NCBI GenBank assembly: GCA_903936705.1
Contig: CAIZWN010000005.1
Location: 123,883-187,882, forward strand
Direction of reading: 5' to 3'
Source: an uncultured Myxococcales bacterium
GTDB lineage: Bacteria > Myxococcota_A > UBA9042 > DTJE01
Length of the DNA: 64,000 nt
The notes beneath the pieces are model-generated. The model searched no databases. It worked only from the letters and a program-made list of their open reading frames with translations, and was not told the origin of the DNA. The position numbers and the translations under genes are program-made. Each line of letters opens with the position of its first letter. The stretch's first letter is position 1. Shown here piece by piece: positions 59,075 to 64,000 of this stretch.

Positions 59075-60097
59075 GTGAAGGTTCTGGTGACTGGAGGGGC
59101 CGGGTACATCGGAAGCCACGCCTGCGTGCGCCTGCTGGAGGCCGGCCACCAGGTGACGGTCGTGGACAACCTGTGCAACAGCAAGCCCGAGGCCATGCGC
59201 CGGGTCCGCAGGATCACCGGGCGCGACCTGGTGTTCCACCACGTCGATCTTGTCGATTGCGTCGCGCTGCAACGCATCTTCAGCGACGGTGCGTTCGAGG
59301 CGGTCATCCACTTTGCCGGCCTGAAGGCTGTGGGGGAATCGGTTTCGCAGCCCCTGCGCTATTTCCACAACAACCTGACCGGCACCATCTCGCTGCTGCA
59401 GGCAATGACCCAGGCTGGCGTGCGCAATCTGGTGTTCAGTTCGTCGGCCACCGTCTATGGCGACCCGCATACCGTGCCAATCACCGAAGATTTTCCTCTG
59501 GCCGCCGTGAATCCGTACGGTCGAACAAAACTGGTCATCGAGGACATGCTGCGCGATTTGCACCGGTCTGACCCGTCGTGGAACATCCTGCTGCTGAGGT
59601 ACTTCAACCCGGTTGGCGCGCACGAAAGCGGCCTGATCGGCGAGGACCCGCGTGGCATCCCCAACAATCTTCTGCCGTTCGTGGCCCAGGTTGCGGTTGG
59701 CCGCCTTGCTGAAGTGCAGGTGTTCGGAGGCGACTATCCCACACCCGACGGCACGGGCGTGCGCGACTACATCCACGTCGTGGACCTGGCCGAGGGGCAC
59801 GTCAACGCGCTGGAACGCCTTGCCGACCGGCCCGGTATCGTTGCATACAACCTAGGCACGGGAATTGGTTGCTCGGTTCTCCAGGTGGTTCAGGCGTTTC
59901 GCAGGGCATCAGGACATGCCATCCCCTGCAAGATAACTGGCAGGCGACCTGGCGATGCTGCCGCCTGTTTCGCGGACCCGACGAAAGCCAACATGGAACT
60001 GTCCTGGCGAGCCAGCCGCAACCTCGACCAGATGTGCGCCGACGCATGGCGCTGGCAAAGCATGAATCCGGACGGCTATCCGGACGATCCAATTTGA
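59075..60097 (+). CDS. galE: UDP-glucose 4-epimerase
   Basis: TGGAGYIGSH, HFAGLKAVGES, YGRTK, LRYFNP, RDYIHV. Confidence 0.96.
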   Translation: MKVLVTGGAGYIGSHACVRLLEAGHQVTVVDNLCNSKPEAMRRVRRITGRDLVFHHVDLVDCVALQRIFSDGAFEAVIHFAGLKAVGESVSQPLRYFHNNLTGTISLLQAMTQAGVRNLVFSSSATVYGDPHTVPITEDFPLAAVNPYGRTKLVIEDMLRDLHRSDPSWNILLLRYFNPVGAHESGLIGEDPRGIPNNLLPFVAQVAVGRLAEVQVFGGDYPTPDGTGVRDYIHVVDLAEGHVNALERLADRPGIVAYNLGTGIGCSVLQVVQAFRRASGHAIPCKITGRRPGDAAACFADPTKANMELSWRASRNLDQMCADAWRWQSMNPDGYPDDPI

Positions 60098-60108
60098 AGG
60101 AGGGTATT

Positions 60109-60753
60109 ATGAACAGGCTTCCGATTTTCCTGGCAATTGCAGTGCTGTCGGCATTTGCAACCGGATGCGCCAACCCGGCCAAGGACGCCCCGAAGGCCAT
60201 CGTCGGCCAGCCTTCCGCACAGGTCGTCCAGGCCCCCGCCAGCAAGGTGATCACGGTAAACCTGGATCCGACAAACACCTCGATTGGTTTTGTAGGCTCG
60301 AAGGTGACCGGCAACCACGAAGGTTCGTTCAGCAGGTTCAAGGGAACCCTGAAGATCACCGACGGGAAGCGTGACACAGCCAGCACCTTCATTGAAATCG
60401 ACATGGATTCACTGGTCATCGAACCCGAAAAGCTGGCCGAACACCTGAAGTCAGCCGACTTCTTCGACGTGGCCACCTTCCCGAAAGCGGTCTACAAGTC
60501 GGGCAGCATGCTGACTGGCGCACCACCGGCACCCGCAACCGATCTTGTTCAGGGAGACCTGACGTTGAAGGGGGTCAACAAGGGTCTGTCGTTCCCCGCT
60601 ACGATCATGATCACGGCGTCCAGGGTCATGGCGTCCGCGAAGTTCAGCATCAATCGAAAGGATTTCGGACTGGTTTATCCAGGCATGCCGGATGACCTGA
60701 TCCGGGACGAGGTGCTGATCAAGCTGAAGGTGGATGCGCCAGTGAATCCATAA
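60109..60753 (+). CDS. YceI-like lipid/polyisoprenoid-binding lipoprotein
   Basis: Lipobox ATGC; HLKSADFFDV..FP, GDLTLKG, INRKDFG. Confidence 0.9.
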   Translation: MNRLPIFLAIAVLSAFATGCANPAKDAPKAIVGQPSAQVVQAPASKVITVNLDPTNTSIGFVGSKVTGNHEGSFSRFKGTLKITDGKRDTASTFIEIDMDSLVIEPEKLAEHLKSADFFDVATFPKAVYKSGSMLTGAPPAPATDLVQGDLTLKGVNKGLSFPATIMITASRVMASAKFSINRKDFGLVYPGMPDDLIRDEVLIKLKVDAPVNP

Positions 60754-60777
60754 CCGGATTCCCCGGAACGGAATGGT

Positions 60778-63700
60778 TCAATCGGCCTGCAACTTGTCGC
60801 ACGTCGCCCTGGCCAGGGTAGTCTGGTCGTAGTACAGCGACACCTTTGAATCGGGGCAGGCCACCTTCAACGGGTGTCTTGCCTGCAACCCGTACTGCAG
60901 CGTCAGCTTCTCGGATGGCTGGATCGCATCCACGTAGACCATCACCTGACGGTCAGTGGTCTCGAACTTCGATATCAATTTGTCGGTCACCGCCTTCTGC
61001 AGCAGGTCGGACAAAAGGTCGAAGCCAGGAGGCAGGCCAAGGTCCACCAGGACCATCGGCGCGACCTCGGTCGATACGTTTGTCACCGTGGCCGTGACGT
61101 TGACGATGTCGTTCACGGCCATCGTCGTCCGGTCGTACGCAAGCTCGATTTGAAGCGGTCCATCGACCGGATTCACGCCTGCACCCGGCGCAAAGTGCGA
61201 CCACACGATCTGGTACATCATCGTCCCGGTACCGTCGAAGCGAATATCCACGACGTTCGGGCCCACGGGGTCCAGACTGCCGGACAGGTCGAACTGGAAG
61301 AAAACATCCGCGTTGTCTGAATTCACGACCAGCGACGGATCGGCCTGGCTGCCCAGCGGCACCGGGGTACCGTTCAGGATCACGTTGATCGAACCGTCCG
61401 CGTCCTGCGCCAGAGATGTCAACGACGCAACGAACGCCTTCAGGGTCAGGATCGTCGCGTGCGTCGATCCCCAGTTCCCGAACGAATCCTTCTTGGTGGA
61501 CAGATACCCCAACGCCTGCGACACCAGGTCCGGGCTGCGGCCTGCCTTCAGCATAGCCAGCACAGCCAGTGCCGTGGCCTCGATATCGGTACCCTCGCCA
61601 CCACCGTAGTTGCACGAATCCTGTGACACGTCGGCCTTCCAGTGCACCGTCCCGCCTTCGCTGACGGCCCGCCCGGCAAGGTCATCGAAGGCCACGGCGG
61701 CAGCGCTGCCGTTCGGATCCAGCACGGCAAGGGCATTGGCACACATCGCAAGCGCATAGGTGGACGTCGTCGCAGTCAGGTGCGAGGAAATGTACTGCGT
61801 TGCATTGCCGGCTTCCTTCTTGGCGCCACCCAGCGCCCAGCCGATGAAGCACGTCGTCATCAGGTCGTCGTACTGCACGGTCGCGAATTCGCTGCCCTGC
61901 GCCTCGGTCCACGATCCGTCGCCAGCCTGTTTCGAACGCAGGAAGTCGGCAGTGCGAGGCACAATGGCCTCGTCAATGTCCATGACCGACCCGATGTCCG
62001 TGAACTCCATCACACCCATTGCGGACAGGATCAGGTTCGCGGGGGCAGGGTCGCCGAACCAGGTAAAGCCGCCGCCTGTGCATTCGTAGGTCAGCAGGCG
62101 CTGGTAGCCAAGACTGGTGAATTCACGCGCCTTCAGTTCGATGTCCGGCGTGATCTTGCCGGATACCGCCTGGTACTGCAGAACCAGCGCGTCGGGCCAC
62201 AGGGTCGCCGTGGTTTGCTCGAAGCACCCCGACGGCATCTGCAGCAGGCTGTCCAGCCCCTCGACGACCTGAGCCATGACCCCGGGGTACACCTTCACCA
62301 GAAGGCTGGGCGTACCGGGAATCGCGGTCTCGGGATAGGAAATCGTCTGCGTCACAGGTTCGGTCAGGCGCCCCGAGGCCTGGCCACGAACCTCGATCCC
62401 GTCGGGCAGCACCTCGACCGTGCGCATCACGGCATCCGCAACGTTGTCGCTGCCGAAGCCCTTTACCGTCACGCCGTGCCAGCCTACGACCTTGGCCCTC
62501 AGGCCGACATTGACGCCCTTGACGCCACCGGCGGGGACATCCACGGTTACCGACGTACCGGTTGTCAGGTCAGCCCAGGCTCCGGCCTCGATCTCCAGAC
62601 GCACCTGCTGATCCGTGGCCAGGTAGTTGTAGACCGCAATCGGGAACGCAACCTCGTCCCCCCGACGCAGGGTGCGCGGCAACGCGGCATCGACAAAGAA
62701 CGCCTGGAACACGGTAAGGCCCTTCGTCACCGAGCCCAGACGGCCATCGACGCTGTTGGCCAGGGCCGACAGGCGCCATTCGGTGATGCTGTCCGCCATC
62801 GGGAATTCAAGCACTGCCTCGCCGTTCCCATCGGTAATCACCTGGGGATTCACGTACAGGGTCTCGGGGAACCAACTGCGGATGCGCGGCTGATCGCCTT
62901 CGTTCGCGACTGGAGGTGTCGTGCCAGAGTCGGATGAAGCCGCAGCGTCCATCGCGCCGGGGAAGCCTCCGCCGCCGTTGTTCATGTCCTCCCAACCGCC
63001 GCGATTCATTGCCTCCCACGACTGGAACGTTGTCTTGAAGTCGTCCGCGGTGTCCCAGATCTCGTCGGGACCACGGCTTGACATCGTGATCGTGTAGTTG
63101 TCCGCCGACGTAAACCGGTACAGGTTGCCGAAGAAATCGTAGAACAGGCGCTGGTCCTTCAGGAACGGGATCACAGTGTCCCAGTTCAACTGGCCGGCCT
63201 CGCCCATCCACTGCAAGACGCCCAGAATGCGCGTCCGGTCGGTGTCGTAGAACGGCTTCAGGACCAGCAAGGCACCGCCCAGATCCTTGTCCCACGACGA
63301 GGCCGACTGCGACGATCCCGCGGAACCCAGCGCCGAGAACGCAGCCTGCGCCTCCTTCTGGCGCCGTGCCTGGGCCTGGGGGTCCTGCGTGTCGTCGGTA
63401 ACGATGCCCGTAAGGTCGAACGCCGCGCCATGAACCTCGTATTTCGGCTGGCGTATCGCGTCCTCGATCTGGAAGTAGGTCCGCAGCAGGCCTGGCTGGT
63501 TGTCGGACAGGGCATAGACCGCCTCGTCGACAACGTGAACGCCCAGCGCAGCCACCACCGGTTCGCCAGTGGTGCCACGTGTCACCTTCAGCGTCACCTT
63601 GGCGCCGTCGGCCGGCGCGTACTTGGTTTTATCCGGCGTGACCAGGACGGTCAGCGCATCAGCCCCCTGCACGAACACGACCTTCTCGTCACGGATGATG

Positions 63701-64000
63701 CGACCCTCGGCCGACAGATAGTACGCAGCGATGACCAGGTCGCCGGCCAGCTCGTTGTCCAGGTCAACCTGGATCTGCCCGCGACCTGCCGTCAGGTCGA
63801 AGGCCTCTTCGCGCACAACCCGCCCGGCGCGCAGAAGGTCCAGATAGATGCGGTCCTTCGCATCCGGGGCCATGACAGTGATCGTCGCGGTTTCTCCGAC
63901 GCGGTACAGCGCCTGATCCGAACGCACCAGAACGGCTTCGCCCGACTCGCCGGGCGTCATGGCGAACGACTGGGTGACCGTCTGGCCGCTGGCATCGCTG
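60778..64000 (-). CDS. Bacterial alpha-2-macroglobulin family protein (5' end outside window)
   Basis: VDEAVYAL, IRSWFPET, DSITEW, thioester-type motif MPSGCFEQ. Confidence 0.9.
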   Translation of the reverse strand, partial: SDASGQTVTQSFAMTPGESGEAVLVRSDQALYRVGETATITVMAPDAKDRIYLDLLRAGRVVREEAFDLTAGRGQIQVDLDNELAGDLVIAAYYLSAEGRIIRDEKVVFVQGADALTVLVTPDKTKYAPADGAKVTLKVTRGTTGEPVVAALGVHVVDEAVYALSDNQPGLLRTYFQIEDAIRQPKYEVHGAAFDLTGIVTDDTQDPQAQARRQKEAQAAFSALGSAGSSQSASSWDKDLGGALLVLKPFYDTDRTRILGVLQWMGEAGQLNWDTVIPFLKDQRLFYDFFGNLYRFTSADNYTITMSSRGPDEIWDTADDFKTTFQSWEAMNRGGWEDMNNGGGGFPGAMDAAASSDSGTTPPVANEGDQPRIRSWFPETLYVNPQVITDGNGEAVLEFPMADSITEWRLSALANSVDGRLGSVTKGLTVFQAFFVDAALPRTLRRGDEVAFPIAVYNYLATDQQVRLEIEAGAWADLTTGTSVTVDVPAGGVKGVNVGLRAKVVGWHGVTVKGFGSDNVADAVMRTVEVLPDGIEVRGQASGRLTEPVTQTISYPETAIPGTPSLLVKVYPGVMAQVVEGLDSLLQMPSGCFEQTTATLWPDALVLQYQAVSGKITPDIELKAREFTSLGYQRLLTYECTGGGFTWFGDPAPANLILSAMGVMEFTDIGSVMDIDEAIVPRTADFLRSKQAGDGSWTEAQGSEFATVQYDDLMTTCFIGWALGGAKKEAGNATQYISSHLTATTSTYALAMCANALAVLDPNGSAAAVAFDDLAGRAVSEGGTVHWKADVSQDSCNYGGGEGTDIEATALAVLAMLKAGRSPDLVSQALGYLSTKKDSFGNWGSTHATILTLKAFVASLTSLAQDADGSINVILNGTPVPLGSQADPSLVVNSDNADVFFQFDLSGSLDPVGPNVVDIRFDGTGTMMYQIVWSHFAPGAGVNPVDGPLQIELAYDRTTMAVNDIVNVTATVTNVSTEVAPMVLVDLGLPPGFDLLSDLLQKAVTDKLISKFETTDRQVMVYVDAIQPSEKLTLQYGLQARHPLKVACPDSKVSLYYDQTTLARATCDKLQAD

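Overview
GC-rich bacterial chromosomal DNA, probably Myxococcota or another deltaproteobacterial lineage (MYXO-CTERM-like tail, Cys-rich lipoproteins, PEGA/TPR-kinase cassette, alpha-2-macroglobulin). The standout feature is a complete, apparently functional diversity-generating retroelement (DGR) on the minus strand at about 40.3-44.8 kb, in the order target(VR)-HRDC-Avd-RT-TR. The 125-bp TR and VR differ at 17 positions, all TR adenines. The target is a Cys-rich surface lipoprotein with a C-terminal FGE/CLec domain. It is the last gene of a Ser/Thr kinase-TPR/PEGA-lipoprotein operon, and the whole module is bracketed by two toxin-antitoxin pairs, which suggests a hypervariable receptor coupled to kinase signalling. 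Also present: an integrase-less integron remnant (attI-like site plus attC sites, 18-20.1 kb); three defence genes apparently hollowed out by internal deletions (HEPN, helicase/MTase fusion scar, HNH); a sigma-54 hemerythrin regulon with two near-identical promoters; a kinase-hemerythrin fusion; a structured 158-nt intergenic element; a 25/50-bp tandem repeat; an unannotated Lys-rich microprotein; an MBOAT/SGNH O-acylation cluster; and housekeeping/transport genes. Family calls come from motif recognition by eye; no database searches were run.
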